From Eledone cirrhosa (Eukaryota): a DNA stretch of 64,000 nt. The number at the start of each line of letters is the position of its first letter. The first letter of the stretch is position 1. Below, piece after piece: positions 39,620 to 53,387 of the stretch. Both the position numbers and the translations under genes were made by a program. The notes below the pieces were generated by a model. It did no database searches. It had not been told where the DNA came from and saw nothing but the letters and a program-made list of their open reading frames with translations. The DNA lies in assembly GCA_964016885.1 (NCBI GenBank), contig OZ024740.1, positions 434,124,001-434,188,000 on the forward strand, in the 5' to 3' direction.

Positions 39620-42600
39620 TCATCATCATCATCATCATCATCACCGTCATCATCACCGTTTTATGTCCGTTCTTCCACGCTAGCATGGGTTAGACGGGTT
39701 GTCCTGTTGTGGGCAGTGTCTACTCGGCTGATCTTGTCTTGCTCATACGGGAACAGATTCTGGCTTGATTTCTACAGCTGGATGCCCTTCCTAACACCAA
39801 CCTCATTTACAGTGAGTGCTGGGTGCTTTTTTTTCCGTGGTGCCTACACGACCACTTTACAGTGTGGGCTGGGTGCTTTTTTGCCGTGGGACCTCCACGA
39901 CCACCTTGCAGTGGGAGGGTGTGGGGGCATATTGTCTATATGCTTCAGCTTGTACCCATGGGAGGTCGGGTACTCTGTATTACTGCGTGACGCCAGAGGT
40001 CACGGTCGTGTGTCATCGCCTTTGAGAGGTGTAATTGGGTAAGGTCGGCTTTTATCACCTCATCCCAGGTCATCTTGGGTCTACACTCCGCGGTTTCCAT
40101 CGACTTCTAGTGCTCTGCACCTTTTTATGCAGCTGTCATCCTTCATACGCATCACATGTCCATACCAGCGCAACCGCCTCTCCTGCACACAGCATTTGAT
40201 TCCTCTTATGCTCAGTCTCTCTCTCAATTCATTTATGCTTTGTCGTTCACGTATATTACTGTTACACATCCATCGGAGCATGCAGGCTTCGTTTCTCTCT
40301 AATCTACGTAAGTCTTCCACCTTCAGCGCCCAGGTCTCACTACCATGCAACATTGCTGTTCGGATACACACATCATACAGTCTGCCTTTCATTCTGAGGG
40401 CGAAGCCTTTTGCAGCTAGCAGTGGCAGTAGTTCCCTGAACTTCTTCCATCCCGTTCTTACCCTAGTTATTGTACTTTCTGAACACCCACCTCCGCTGCT
40501 AATTCGGTCACCTAGGTAGTAGAAGCTGTCTACTGTCTCTACAGAGCCCTCCCAGAGATTGGTGGTACTTGTTTCCTGTGGCTGTTTGCTGCTTGCTGTC
40601 CCAGTACAGCTGCTGCATGTGAAGCCTACATTCTTAATTAAGCTCCCTGAGATCCCGCTACATCTCTTGTGTACCCATTGTTTGCATTTGGGCAGAGAAT
40701 GGAGTTCCTACCTACACCTTTCCTACATACTGAGCAAGACCATTTCCCTGAGGGGATCTGGGTTCTGTTTTCTCATCTACTTACAAGGACCTTAGTCTTT
40801 GTCATGTTGACTTTGAGACCCTTTCTTTCTAGTCCCTGCTTCCAAGTTTGGAATTTCTTCTCTAGTTCTACCATAGATTCAGCTATAAGTGCGAGGTCAT
40901 CAGCATACAGGAGTTCCCATGGGCATCTGGTCTTAAACTCCTCCGTTATTGCCTGCAGGACTATGATGAACAGGCGAGGGCTAAGAACAGAGCCCTGGTG
41001 GACACCAACCTGTATGCTAAATTCCTCGCTATACTCATTGCTAATCCTAACTTTGCTGACTGCTCCCCTATACATGGCTTGTACAGCTTTCACAAGCCAT
41101 TCATCTACTCCTAGTTTTCTAAGAGCCCACCAGATTACAGCACGTGGAACTCTGTCAAAGGCTTTCTCGAGATCGACGAATGCCAGGTAGAGTGGCTTAC
41201 TTTTAGCTAGGTACTTTTCCTGTAACTGCCTCACAAGGAAGAGGGCATCAGTGGTGCCTCTTCCTGGTACAAACCCAAATTGCATCTCATCTAGTTTCAC
41301 CCGGTCCCTAATCAACTGTGCTATAACTCTTTCTGTTACTTTCATGACCTGGTCCATCAGCTTTATACCTCTATAGTTTCCTCTATCTAGTGCATCACCT
41401 TTACCTTTGTAGTAGTTGACAATGATGCTACTGCACCAATCTTTTGGTATGACACCTTCTAGTATTACCTGGTTAACAATACGTGTAGTTATAGTGTGAC
41501 CTACAGACCCAGATGCCTTCAGCATCTCGGCAGCTATACCCGATGGACCGCTTGCCTTCCCCATCTTCATATCTTTGATTGCCTTACTTACTACGCTGCT
41601 GCTGACTTGTACTGCTGGCCCCTCTGTAGGGTCTACTTGGGGTAGGGTCTCTTCTTCCCATGCATTCTCCTCATTTAGTAATCTATCATAATGACTCTTC
41701 CATGCATCTTTCTTCTCAGCACTTGTGAGGGCAAGCTCACCTTTATCATTCCGGATACACTTCTCTCCAATGACATCACAATTCTCTCTGACACACTGCC
41801 TCGCAATCTTGAACACCTCCTGTTTCTGGTCCTCGCGTTGCAAAACATGCTTGAATTTTCTATCCTCTGCTTCCCTCCTAGCTAAGTATACTTGTCGCCT
41901 AGCTTCCCTCTTGGTCTCTATGTAATGTACCCTGCTACCCCCGTTCTTCCATTCTTTCCATGCCTGTCTCTCTTGGCCTTAACTGCCTCATCTACCTTAT
42001 TGTTCCACCACCAAATCTCTCTCCTCCTGCTTGTGGTCTTACTCCAGCCACAGACCTCATCCATCGCCTCGAGTAAGTTATTTTTTAGGAACTCCCAGTG
42101 CTCTTCTACATTGAATGTCTCTATCTGTTCTTCTTTACTGTCGTAGGCGTTGAGTAAAATATCTTTAAATCTGTTACTGGCTGAGGGGTCTTTTAGCTTC
42201 CAGATCTTTCTTCTCCAGGTTGGCCTCTGTTTCCAGGTTCGTCTAGTTCTGACCTTGAGGTCGCTGACAACTAAGCTATGTTGGGATGTACATTCCTCAC
42301 TAGGGAAGGCTTTTGTGTTTACGACCGTCCATCTGTCATGTCCTCTGATGAGGATAAAATCTATCTGACTAGAATGCTCCCCTGATCTATAGGTGATCAG
42401 GTGGTTGTCGGGTTTTTTGAAGTTTGTGTTACATATTGACATGTCATTGGCGTCGCAGAATTCTAGAAGTCTGAATCCTTCTTCATTTCTTGTGCCAACC
42501 CCGTGGCCTCCATGGACTCTATTGAAGCCGTCACAGTGTTTACCTACGTGTCCGTTAAAATCTCCTGCGATGATTAGGAAGTCATTGTCGTTTGTTAGAG

Positions 42601-43859
42601 CAGTAGTGTGCATTAGGGACTCGTAAAACCTATCCTTAAGTTCGTCTGGCAACCCCGATTGGGGTGCGTAAGCTGATATTATTGTGGTAATTGTTTTATT
42701 CAGGACTAGTCTGTTTAATGATTCTTGCATTTACCCTGTACACTGAGATTACTTTATCTACCCACTTGTCAGCTGGTAGGATACCTACACCACCCATCCC
42801 ATCGTCATTTCCCACCCAGAAAAATTTGTAGCACCGACTTTTTCCTACAAGGACTCTAGCAGACTCTCCTCTCCATCTAGTCTCTTGCACACTGCATACA
42901 TCAATTTCCTTTCACTCTAGCATCTCTACGATTTCTCCTGCTCTTCCTTTCATTGTGCTTACATTGATGGTACCAACTCTGAGTTTTGGGCATTTGTCGA
43001 CACTCGTAGGTCGATTTTTGCAGGGGTGTGTGTGTGTGCTTCCTCTCTCTGGATTGGGGCTTCACATGGGTGCTTGGTAGCTCGCGGATTCATATTCATT
43101 TCATCTATTAATTCAGAGTTGCTCCAATTTATTCTCAGCTCATCCATCCATAACGGTAGGAAAATTCAGGGCTAGAAGAACAGTGGTGGTGGTAATAATG
43201 GCAGGGTGTGTTGGACGGGGGAGGAGAGAGTTAGGTAGTAGTAGTAGTAGAAGAAATGGTATGCTGAGGTTTGATTGGTTGAATAGGCTATGGTGGTGTG
43301 AGGGGATGGGTGGGAGGGAAATTGTGAGGTAGGCAGCCAGTTATGTCATCAAAATAACTGATAGAAGTGAATGCAGCATAGATATGAATACAGCTACAAT
43401 AATAATAATAGCCAGTCATGGCCTGTAGCCTTTGATGGAAAAATAGACAGATAGAGAGTTAGCATGGTAGGGAAAATGCGGGTAACAAAATAAATGTGTT
43501 GTGGTAGCTGAAATACCTGACAAGATTTGTATGGATGGATGGATGGAACGTAGCTAAATCAACTCTAGTGATTCATTTTAGCCTTTCAGAGTAGAGTGTG
43601 TCAATAACTTCAAGATGAGTGAGGAGGAATGGGTGTAGAGGGAAAGGGAGGTAATAGGTGGCTTAGAGAGAGGGTAGCCATCATAGAGAGGGGGAGAGGG
43701 AGTAGCCATCATAGAGAGAGGGTCGCTGTCATGGCTAACAAACTAACCGATAGAATACAGCAACAATAATATTAATAATAGCCAGTCATGGCCTGTAGCC
43801 TTTGATGGAAAAATAGACAGAGACAGAGTCAGCATGGTAGGGGAAAGTGAGGATAACAA

Positions 43860-43904
<45 letters not shown>

Positions 43905-43968
43905 CTAAATTGCTCTGTAGCTTACATAGAGCACTCTCCTTTCCTTTACCTTTCCTACGGAAACGCTT
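39620..43968 (-). mobile_element. Near full-length RTE-clade LINE (AP endonuclease + reverse transcriptase + PHD insert), disrupted by stops and frameshifts
   Basis: APE motifs QETRW, SAYAPQ, GDFNGHVG, SQIDFIL, SQH. RT motifs KGKGD..NYRGIKL, QFGFVPGRGTTDA, FVDLEKAFD, GVHQGSVLSP, YADD. C-terminal RLRWYGHV. The 3' UTR runs into tail type B with (gat)n. The 5' boundary is approximate. Confidence 0.93.
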
Positions 43969-43989
43969 AATATAATATATATATATTAT

Positions 43990-44332
43990 ATAATGGAGTC
44001 ATATGGCTTAGGCTTAGTAGTTAGAGCATTGGCCTTGCAATCGAAAGGTTGTGAGTTCAATTCTCAGACCGGGTGATGTGTTGTTTCCTTGAGCAAGAGA
44101 CTTTATTTCACATGGCTCCAGTTTACTCAGCTGTAGAAATGAGATGATAGGGACTGGGGTCCCTATCATTCCACTGCAAAGTGGTCGTGGAGGTGCCACG
44201 GCAAAAAAGCACCCAGCACTCACTGTAAATGAGGTTGGTGTTAGGAAGGGCATCCAGCTGTAGAAATCAAGTCAGAATCAGTTCCCGTCCCACCCTTGCA
44301 AGCAGGGAAAAGCGGACGTAAAAATGAAATGA
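43990..44332 (+). mobile_element. Full-length tRNA-headed SINE, tail type A
   Basis: ggcttagtagttagagcattggccttgcaatcgaaaggttgtgagttcaattc...cccgtcccacccttgcaagcagggaaaagcggacgtaaaaatg. Confidence 0.88.
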
Positions 44333-44334
44333 AT

Positions 44335-44433
44335 ATAATGTATATATACATATATATATATAATGTATATATATATATATATATATATATATGTAAATGT
44401 ATGTATATATGTATATGTATGTATATATGTATG

Positions 44434-44494
<61 letters not shown>

Positions 44495-44668
44495 ATGTAT
44501 GTATATGTATGTATATATGTATATGTATGTATATGTATGTATATATGTATATGTATGTATATATGTATATGTATGTATATATGTATATGTATGTATATAT
44601 GTATATGTATGTATATATGTATATGTATGTATATATGTATATGTATATATGTATATGTATATATGTAT

Positions 44669-44699
<31 letters not shown>

Positions 44700-44749
44700 T
44701 ATATGTATATGTATATATATATATATGTATATATGTATATATGTATATG

Positions 44750-44816
<67 letters not shown>

Positions 44817-44821
44817 GTATA

Positions 44822-44864
<43 letters not shown>

Positions 44865-45019
44865 GTATGTATATATGTATATGTATGTATATATGTATAT
44901 GTATGTATATATGTATATGTATGTGTATGTATATGTATGTATATGTATGTATATATATATATATGTATGTATGTATATGTATATATATGTATATATATGT
45001 ATATGTATGTATATGTATG

Positions 45020-45064
<45 letters not shown>

Positions 45065-45170
45065 ATACACATACGTATGTATGTGTGTGTGTACACACAC
45101 ACACACACACATGTACATATGTATACATGTATATATGTATTATGTATATATATATATATATATATATGTG

Positions 45171-45204
<34 letters not shown>

Positions 45205-45210
45205 TATGTG

Positions 45211-45257
<47 letters not shown>

Positions 45258-45312
45258 GTATATATATGTATATATATATGTATATATATGTATATATATA
45301 TGTATATATATG

Positions 45313-45365
<53 letters not shown>

Positions 45366-45424
45366 GTATATATGTATATATATATGTATATATATATGTA
45401 TATATATATGTATATATATATATG

Positions 45425-45493
<69 letters not shown>

Positions 45494-45503
45494 GTATATA
45501 TAT

Positions 45504-45548
<45 letters not shown>
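44335..45548. repeat. (TA)n/(TATG)n microsatellite
   Basis: Direct reading of the sequence. Confidence 0.96.
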
Positions 45549-45550
<2 letters not shown>

Positions 45551-46718
45551 ACTTTGAATAACTTTGAAATGTTTTGGCCAGTATTGGCCCAGGCCATGTC
45601 TAACTTAATAGCACCACCTGGCGAAGTCTTTCAATTCAGGATTTGGGCACCATGGCCCATTCGAGAAGAGAATTACTGTTTTCGGAGACATATCCGGGTG
45701 TGGGTGGTTTGTCCGGGATTACTTGGAGGAATTTGTCCAAAGACTTCTTGAATTTTGTGTGGTCAGTTTCTGTTTTGACGTGTCCTGGTGTGATGTTGAA
45801 GAGAGCAGGGCCGATTGAGGTGAAATAATTGTGCCGTATTGTTGTTATGAGTTGCGATTTAGATTTTTGAATGGGACGGATAGCACGGGGTCCAAGCCTT
45901 GGGTGTATCTTGAAAGCAATGCCAACATCATTTGGGCAGTGATGATGGAACATTTTCCACATCATGCAGATAATATAACGCTCACGGCGACGTTGGAGTG
46001 AGTAAAGTTTCAGGTTTTCCAATCGACCCCAGTAGTCAAGGTCTGACATGCCATCTATCTTTTTCGTGATTGCCCTTTGAGGAGCTTCAAGTTTCATGAT
46101 ACTTTGTTTCGTGTGGGGAGACCACAGTGGACAACAGTATTCAAGGTGTGGTCGGGCGAAAGTAGAGAAGAGAAGGATAATGGTGCGGGAATCTCTCGAC
46201 TGGAAGGTTCTGAGGATCCAGGAACACATTCTGCGGGCCATGTCAACTTTGCTGCTTATATGCGTGGTCCAGCTTATGTTGCTGTCCACGGTTACTCCCA
46301 AGTCTCTGATGTTGTTAGATGCCACGAGAGTTTCCCCGGAGGGAAGGGAGTACGGGAGTTTCAGAGCATCCTCTTTTCCAAAGTGGATCAGTTCGAATTT
46401 GTCTTCGTTCAGTAACATGTTGTTCTTTTCTGCCCATTGGGTAACAGCCAGTAGGTCTGACTGAAGGCTTATCCGGTCATCCACGCCATTGATGACCTTT
46501 TGGAGCTTGGAATCATCAGCGAAAATTTTAATGTTGCTGTGTTTGATGATGTCAGTGATGTCATTAATATAGATGATGAAGAGAAGTGGGCCCAACACAG
46601 TGCCTTGTGGGACTCCACTACTGACTTTGGCTGGGCTTGATTTGACTCCCTCAACTACAACATGTTGGGTTCTGTTTGACAGGAAGCTCTTGATCCACTG
46701 CAGCAGCTTTCCAGTGAC
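45549..46718 (-). mobile_element. 5'-truncated CR1-type LINE with an uninterrupted ~360-aa RT C-terminal frame
   Basis: [63 protein letters not shown]; 3' tail (ttcaaagtta)2. Confidence 0.92.
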
Positions 46719-46721
46719 ATG

Positions 46722-46759
<38 letters not shown>

Positions 46760-46802
46760 TGTATATGTATATATATATATGTATATGTATATATATGTAT
46801 AT

Positions 46803-46848
<46 letters not shown>

Positions 46849-46923
46849 GTATATATATGTATATATATATATATGTATATATATATGTATATATATATGT
46901 ATATATATATGTATATATATATG

Positions 46924-46961
<38 letters not shown>

Positions 46962-47001
46962 TGTATATATATGTATATATATATATATATGTATATATAT
47001 G

Positions 47002-47036
<35 letters not shown>

Positions 47037-47135
47037 GTATATATATATGTGTATATATATGTATATGTGTATATATATATGTATATATATATGTATATAT
47101 ATATGTATATATATATGTATACACATATATATATA
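46719..47135. repeat. (TA)n/(TATG)n microsatellite
   Basis: Direct reading of the sequence. Confidence 0.96.
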
Positions 47136-47618
47136 TTATTTAATTATTCCTGTTAGTAACTCTGAACTATAACTATCTGACCTAAAAAGGCTGTCCTTAT
47201 AGTCTAGGGTATGTAATGGAACAATATAAAGTTATTCTGCCAAACATATCAACTCCAATAACATGTCTGTTGAACAGTCTGGAATAGTGTATTAGAATTC
47301 TGGAGATATTTCTATATTTCTTCTCTTTAGCTGTACATTATTAGAACATTGCACGACGGATAAGTTTCCTCATTTATTAAATATATAATTCATTATATTT
47401 TGACCTGAATCAAAAATATTTCGTTTCTTTACCAGATTTTAACAAAGCTATGTTTGTGTGTACACACACACACGCGCACACACATGTACACACACGCACA
47501 CACACGTACACACGCACACACATGTACACACGCACGCACACACACATACATATGTGCATATATGTGTGTGTTTAAAGCAACTGGCGCTGTTCAATCCAGA
47601 AATATATTAGTTTTACGT

Positions 47619-48015
47619 TGAGTGGTTAGAGAATAGGATTCACAATCATCAGGTTGTGAGTTCGATTCCTGGACTGGGCGATACATTATGTCCTTGAGCA
47701 AGACACTTTATTTGACGTTGCTCCTTCTACCTGGAGTTGCGACCGATAGATAGTATTAGCAACTGTAAAGACCAATGGAAACATTGTCCAATTAGATGTC
47801 GACTGTCTATATTTATATGTATGTATAAAAAAAAAAAAAAGGATCGATCGACTTTCCAGTTGCTTATACTATCTATCGGTAGCAACTCCAGGTAGAAGGA
47901 GCAACGTAAAATAAAGTGTCTTGCTCAAGGACATAACGCATCGCCTGGTCCAGGAATCAAACTCACAACCTCAAGATTATGAATCCAATTCTCTAACCAC
48001 TCAGCCACACGCCTT
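47619..48015. mobile_element. Two tRNA-derived SINE copies in inverted (tail-to-tail) orientation
   Basis: 47619-47772 (+, B box gagttcgattcc) is the near reverse complement of 47850-48003. Confidence 0.85.
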
Positions 48016-48017
48016 CA

Positions 48018-48403
<386 letters not shown>

Positions 48404-48407
48404 ATAT

Positions 48408-48793
48408 AGGCACATGGCTTAGTGGTTAGAGCATTGGCTTTGCAATTGAAAGGTTGTGAGTTCAATTCTCAGACCGGGTGATGTGTTGTTTCCTTGAGCA
48501 AGACACTTTATTTCACATTGCTCCAGTTTACTCAGCTGTAGAAATGAGATGATAGGGACTGGGGTCCTTATCATTCCACTGCAAAGTGGTTGTGGAGGTG
48601 CCACGGCAAAAAAGCACCCAGCACTCTCTGTAAATGAGGTTGGTGTTAGGAAGGGCATCCAGCTGTAGAAATCATGCCAGAATCAGTTCCTGTATGAGCA
48701 AGAGGTCAGCTGACTGGACACTGCCCACAACAGGACAACCTGTCTAACCCATGCTAGCGTGGAAGAATGGACGTAAAACGGTGATGACGATGA
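48408..48793 (+). mobile_element. Full-length tRNA-headed SINE, tail type B
   Basis: ggcacatggcttagtggttagagc...gagttcaattc...aacctgtctaacccatgctagcgtggaagaatggacgtaaaacggtgatgacgatgat. Confidence 0.88.
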
Positions 48794-49434
48794 TATATTT
48801 ATTTATATATTTATATGTATATTTATATGTATATATATATTTATATGTATATTTATAGGTATATATGTATATTTATAGGTATATATATATATTTATATGT
48901 ATATATATATAGGTATATATATATATTTATATGTATATATATATATGTATATATATTTATTTATATGTATATATATATGCCATCAAAATTTTACATCTGT
49001 TTCCAATGCTGGCAGATTGTATGTCACCGTCTGAGACAAGATAAGTCAAGGAAGCCTCATTTTGTACATACATTCCATATTTGCCATAGTTTCTATAGCT
49101 GGATGGCCTTCCTACACTGTGGCCTATCTTACACTGTGTACTACTGGTTTTATTTTATCATGACACCAGTACTGACACTTTATAGAGTGTTCTGAGTACA
49201 GAATATATTTCATTGTGACTGGACCACCGGTTCCACTTCAAAAAGTCTTTCTTTTCTCAGATTTACTTTTAATGTCATGACACTTGGGTGGGTCTTTTGT
49301 ATTTATAGTGTGTGTATGTTTGGCAGAATAACTTTATATTGTTAAATTATGTATATACTCTAGACAGAATAAAGGATAGCTTTTAGAACTTGGTGGGGCT
49401 CGGGGAACATCTATCTACACGCCCACCCCCACCC

Positions 49435-49466
<32 letters not shown>

Positions 49467-49817
49467 TGATAGGACCTCAAGCTGATGAGGTTGGATGTTG
49501 CCAGTTCAATCTTGTGTCATCTCCTTTGTTAGGTTCAACTTCTTTTTAGATCATTTTTCACAATTTTGTCCCAATTTTTCTTTGGTTATCCTTCCACAGA
49601 TCCCAACACAATCGTCTCTCGTACTACATTAAATTCTTCTTATACCTTACTTTCCCCTTAATTTACTTGTGCACTGTTGTTCACAGACTCTAAACCAATT
49701 CTAACATAAGATAGTTTACGCACCAGAAAAGAATTAAAGAAGGATATTTAACAAATAAATTGTCAAATGGAAGATCCAAACAAATCTTAAACTTCCAGAT
49801 AAATATTGCTCACACAT

Positions 49818-52088
49818 CGGTGTAGAATTACCAGAGTTCTGGACAATACACCAAATACTGTTAGTAGATTGGTGTAGAATTACCAGACTTCTGGACAATA
49901 CACCAAATACTGTTAGCAGATTGGTGTAGAATTAGCAGACTTCTGGACAATACACCAAATACTGTTAGCAGATTGGTGTAGAATTACCAGACTTCTGGAC
50001 AATACACCAAATACTGTTAGCAGATTGGTGTAGAATTAGCAGACTTCTGGACAATACACCAAATACTGTTAGCAGATTGGTGTAGAATTACCAGACTTTT
50101 GGACAATACACCAAATACTGTTAGCAGATTGGTGTAGAATTAGCAGACTTCTGGACAATACACCAAATACTGTTAGCAGATTGGTGTAGAATTAGCAGAC
50201 TTCTGGACAATACACCAAATACTGTTAGCAGATTGGTGTAGAATTACCAGACTTCTGGACAATACACCAAATACTGTTAGCAGATTGGTGTAGAATTACC
50301 AGACTTCTGGACAATACACCAAATACTGTTAGCAGATTGGTATAGAATTACCAGACTTCTGGACAATACACCAAATACTGTTAGCAGATTGGTGTAGAAT
50401 TAGCAGACTTCTGGACAATACACCAAATACTGTTAGCAGATTGGTGTAGAATTACCAGACTTCTGGACAATACACCAAATACTGTTAGCAGATTGGTGTA
50501 GAATTACCAGACTTCTGGACAATACACCAAATACTGTTAGCAGATTGGTATAGAATTACCAGACTTCTGGACAATACACCAAATACTGTTAGCAGATTGG
50601 TGTAGAATTAGCAGACTTCTGGACAATACACCAAATACTGTTAGCAGATTGGTGTAGAATTAGCAGACTTCTGGACAATACACCAAATACTGTTAGCAGA
50701 TTGGTGTAGAATTACCAGACTTCTGGACAATACACCAAATACTGTTAGCAGATTGGTGTAGAATTACCAGACTTCTCGACAATACACCAAATACTGTTAG
50801 CAGATTGGTGTAGAATTAGCAGACTTCTGGACAATACACCAAATACTGTTAGCAGATTGGTGTAGAATTACCAGAGTTCTGGACAATACACCAAATACTG
50901 TTAGCAGATTGGTGTAGAATTAGCAGACTTCTGGACAATACACCAAATACTGTTAGCAGATTGGTGTAGAATTAGCAGACTTCTGGACAATACACCAAAT
51001 ACTGTTAGCAGATTGGTGTAGAATTACCAGACTTTTGGACAATACACCAAATACTGTTAGCAGATTGGTGTAGAATTACCAGACTTTTGGACAATACACC
51101 AAATACTGTTAGCAGATTGGTGTAGAATTAGCAGACTTCTGGACAATACACCAAATACTGTTAGCAGATTGGTGTAGAATTAGCAGCCTTCTGGACAATA
51201 CACCAAATACTGTTAGCAGATTGGTATAGAATTACCAGACTTCTGGACAATACACCAAATACTGTTAGCAGATTGGTGTAGAATTAGCAGACTTTTGGAC
51301 AATACACCAAATACTGTTAGCAGATTGGTGTAGAATAAGCAGACTTCTGGACAATACACCAAATACTGTTAGCAGATTGGTGTAGAATTACCAGACTTCT
51401 GGACAATACACCAAATACTGTTAGCAGATTGGTGTAGAATTAGCAGACGTCTGGACAATACACCAAATACTGTTAGCAGATTGGTGTAGAATTACCAGAC
51501 TTCTGGACAATACACCAAATACTGTTAGCAGATTGGTGTAGAATTAGCAGACTTCTGGACAATACACCAAATACTGTTAGCAGATTGGTGTAGAATTACC
51601 AGACTTCTGGACAATACACCAAATACTGTTAGCAGATTGGTGTAGAATTAGCAGACTTCTGGACAATACACCAAATACTGTTAGCAGATTGGTGTAGAAT
51701 TAGCAGCCTTCTGGACAATACACCAAATACTGTTAGCAGATTGGTGTAGAATTACCAGACTTCTGAACAATACACCAAATACTGTTAGCAGATTGGTGTA
51801 GAATTAGACTTTTGGACAATGCACCAAATACTGTTAGCAGATTGGTGTAGAATTAGCAGACTTTTGGACAATGCACCAAATACTGTTAGCAGATTGGTGT
51901 AGAATTACCAGACTTCTGGACAATACACCAAATACTGTTAGCAGATTGGTGTAGAATTACCAGACTTCTGGACAATACACCAAATACTGTTAGCAGATTG
52001 GTGTAGAATTACCAGACTTCTGGACAATACACCAAATACTGTTAGCAGATTGGTGTAGAATTAGCAGAGTTCTGGACAATGCACCAAA
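49818..52088. repeat. 52-bp minisatellite, about 43 copies
   Basis: Unit gattggtgtagaattaccagacttctggacaatacaccaaatactgttagca. Confidence 0.97.
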
Positions 52089-52339
52089 ATGCATTCAATC
52101 AATTCAAGAAAGTCTAGAACCAAAAGCTTTTAATCCATTTAAAGTACAAGTTGTATGAGTTCTATGTGCTTCTCTGATATAAATTTTGGAATTTAAAGAA
52201 AAATATCGACCTTTTGATACCAGATGTTTGTATAAAATCCTGCACATTTGATGGAGTTCATCATAAATGAAGAAAAACCCATCAGTAGCTTTAGATTACA
52301 CAATACTGTCTTCATTTGACCACACCTTTCCCATGTTTC

Positions 52340-52598
52340 ATCATCATTGTTTAATGTCCATTTTTCTACAATAGCATGGGTTAGACAAGTTGTCCTGTTG
52401 TGAGACAAGTAAGATCATATGAGTGTGTCTTGCTCATACAGAACTATTTCTTGCTTGGTTTCTACGGTTGGATGCCCTTTGCAACGTCAACCATATTTAC
52501 AGTTTGGATTAAATGCTTTTTATCATGGCACCAAAATAACCATTTTACAGCATGGACTGAGTGCTTTTTGTTTTGATACCAACACGACCACTTTACAG
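52340..52598 (-). mobile_element. Degenerate RTE-type 3' tail
   Basis: catcatcattgtttaatgtcc...tagcatgggttagac...tggatgccctt. Confidence 0.75.
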
Positions 52599-52615
52599 GT
52601 AAAAAACTGTTACTG

Positions 52616-52688
52616 CAACCACAACAAGACTGGAACCTACAATCTTCTGATTCAAAGTCAGACACCTTATCCATTAAGCCATCTGAAT
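52616..52688 (-). pseudogene. tRNA-Arg(TCG)-derived pseudogene (anticodon now reads TTG)
   Basis: Minus strand ...TGGCTTAATGGATAAGGTGTCTGACTTTGAATCAGAAGATTGTAGGTTCCAGTCTTGTTGTGGTTG aligns without gaps to metazoan tRNA-Arg-TCG (TGGCCTAATGGATAAGGCGTCTGACTTCGGATCAGAAGATTGCAGGTTCGAGTCCTGCCGCGGTCG). Acceptor stem broken; T6 run ~10 nt downstream. Confidence 0.8.
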
Positions 52689-53179
52689 ATAAAAAGATTT
52701 ATTAGATAAAAGAAGTTAGAAAATAGTTGTGTTTTATGACTAACCTAAGAGATATGTTTTTCTTGAGAATATAAAACTGGCAGATTTTAGTTTAAAATTT
52801 CCCATGACACTAGTATTCTTATCTGAAAGTTACTAAAAATACTCCAGTCATAAAAATTAATCATTTATATTTAATCTAAACCATGTCCTATGTACTAGAA
52901 AGGACTACTGTGATACCTACCAACGAAGAAATGGTTGTTGAGCAGCAGTTACTACCTACTGTTAACAATATATGTTTACATATATTGTTAATAAAGCAGG
53001 TGAGAGCTGGAGCTATGTGAGATCAAGTCCTTGCAGTATTCAACTGGTGGACACAGTTTAGTTTATATCTTTTCCAAACATTTCTAAGTTTATTTGCCAT
53101 GGCGGTTAAAACATGAAGGTATGTTTAGAAAATGGTGAACAGTTTCAAAATTGGATGAGAAGACTAAATATAAAAGTTT

Positions 53180-53330
53180 AATAATTGTTTCTACTTTTGG
53201 CACAAGGCCAGCAATTACCGCAGTACATTACTGGTACTTTATTTTATTGACCCCGTAAGGATGAAAGGCAAAGTTAACCTCGACGGGATTTGAACTCAGA
53301 ACGTAAAGGGCCGTAACTTTATGCTGAAAG
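53180..53330 (-). mobile_element. tRNA-derived SINE (third family), internally deleted
   Basis: Homologous to 37050-37265. Confidence 0.75.
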
Positions 53331-53387
53331 TATGGTGTAATAGTTTAATAATAATGGGGCATATAAACCCGCTAAACAGTAAAAGAT

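Noticed and set aside
47305-47400. Strong-looking plus-strand splice acceptors (47330, also 49260, 31865, 12350)
   Set aside because: No consistent exon frames, matching donors or recognisable protein; such motifs are frequent in AT-rich DNA
49485-49510. CTGATGAG followed by a weak stem
   Set aside because: No GAAA and no flanking helices; it lies next to a decayed RTE C-terminal remnant
49818-52088. Palindromic repeat units superficially like CRISPR repeats (also the 55-, 38- and 28-bp arrays)
   Set aside because: No unique spacers, no cas genes, eukaryotic context
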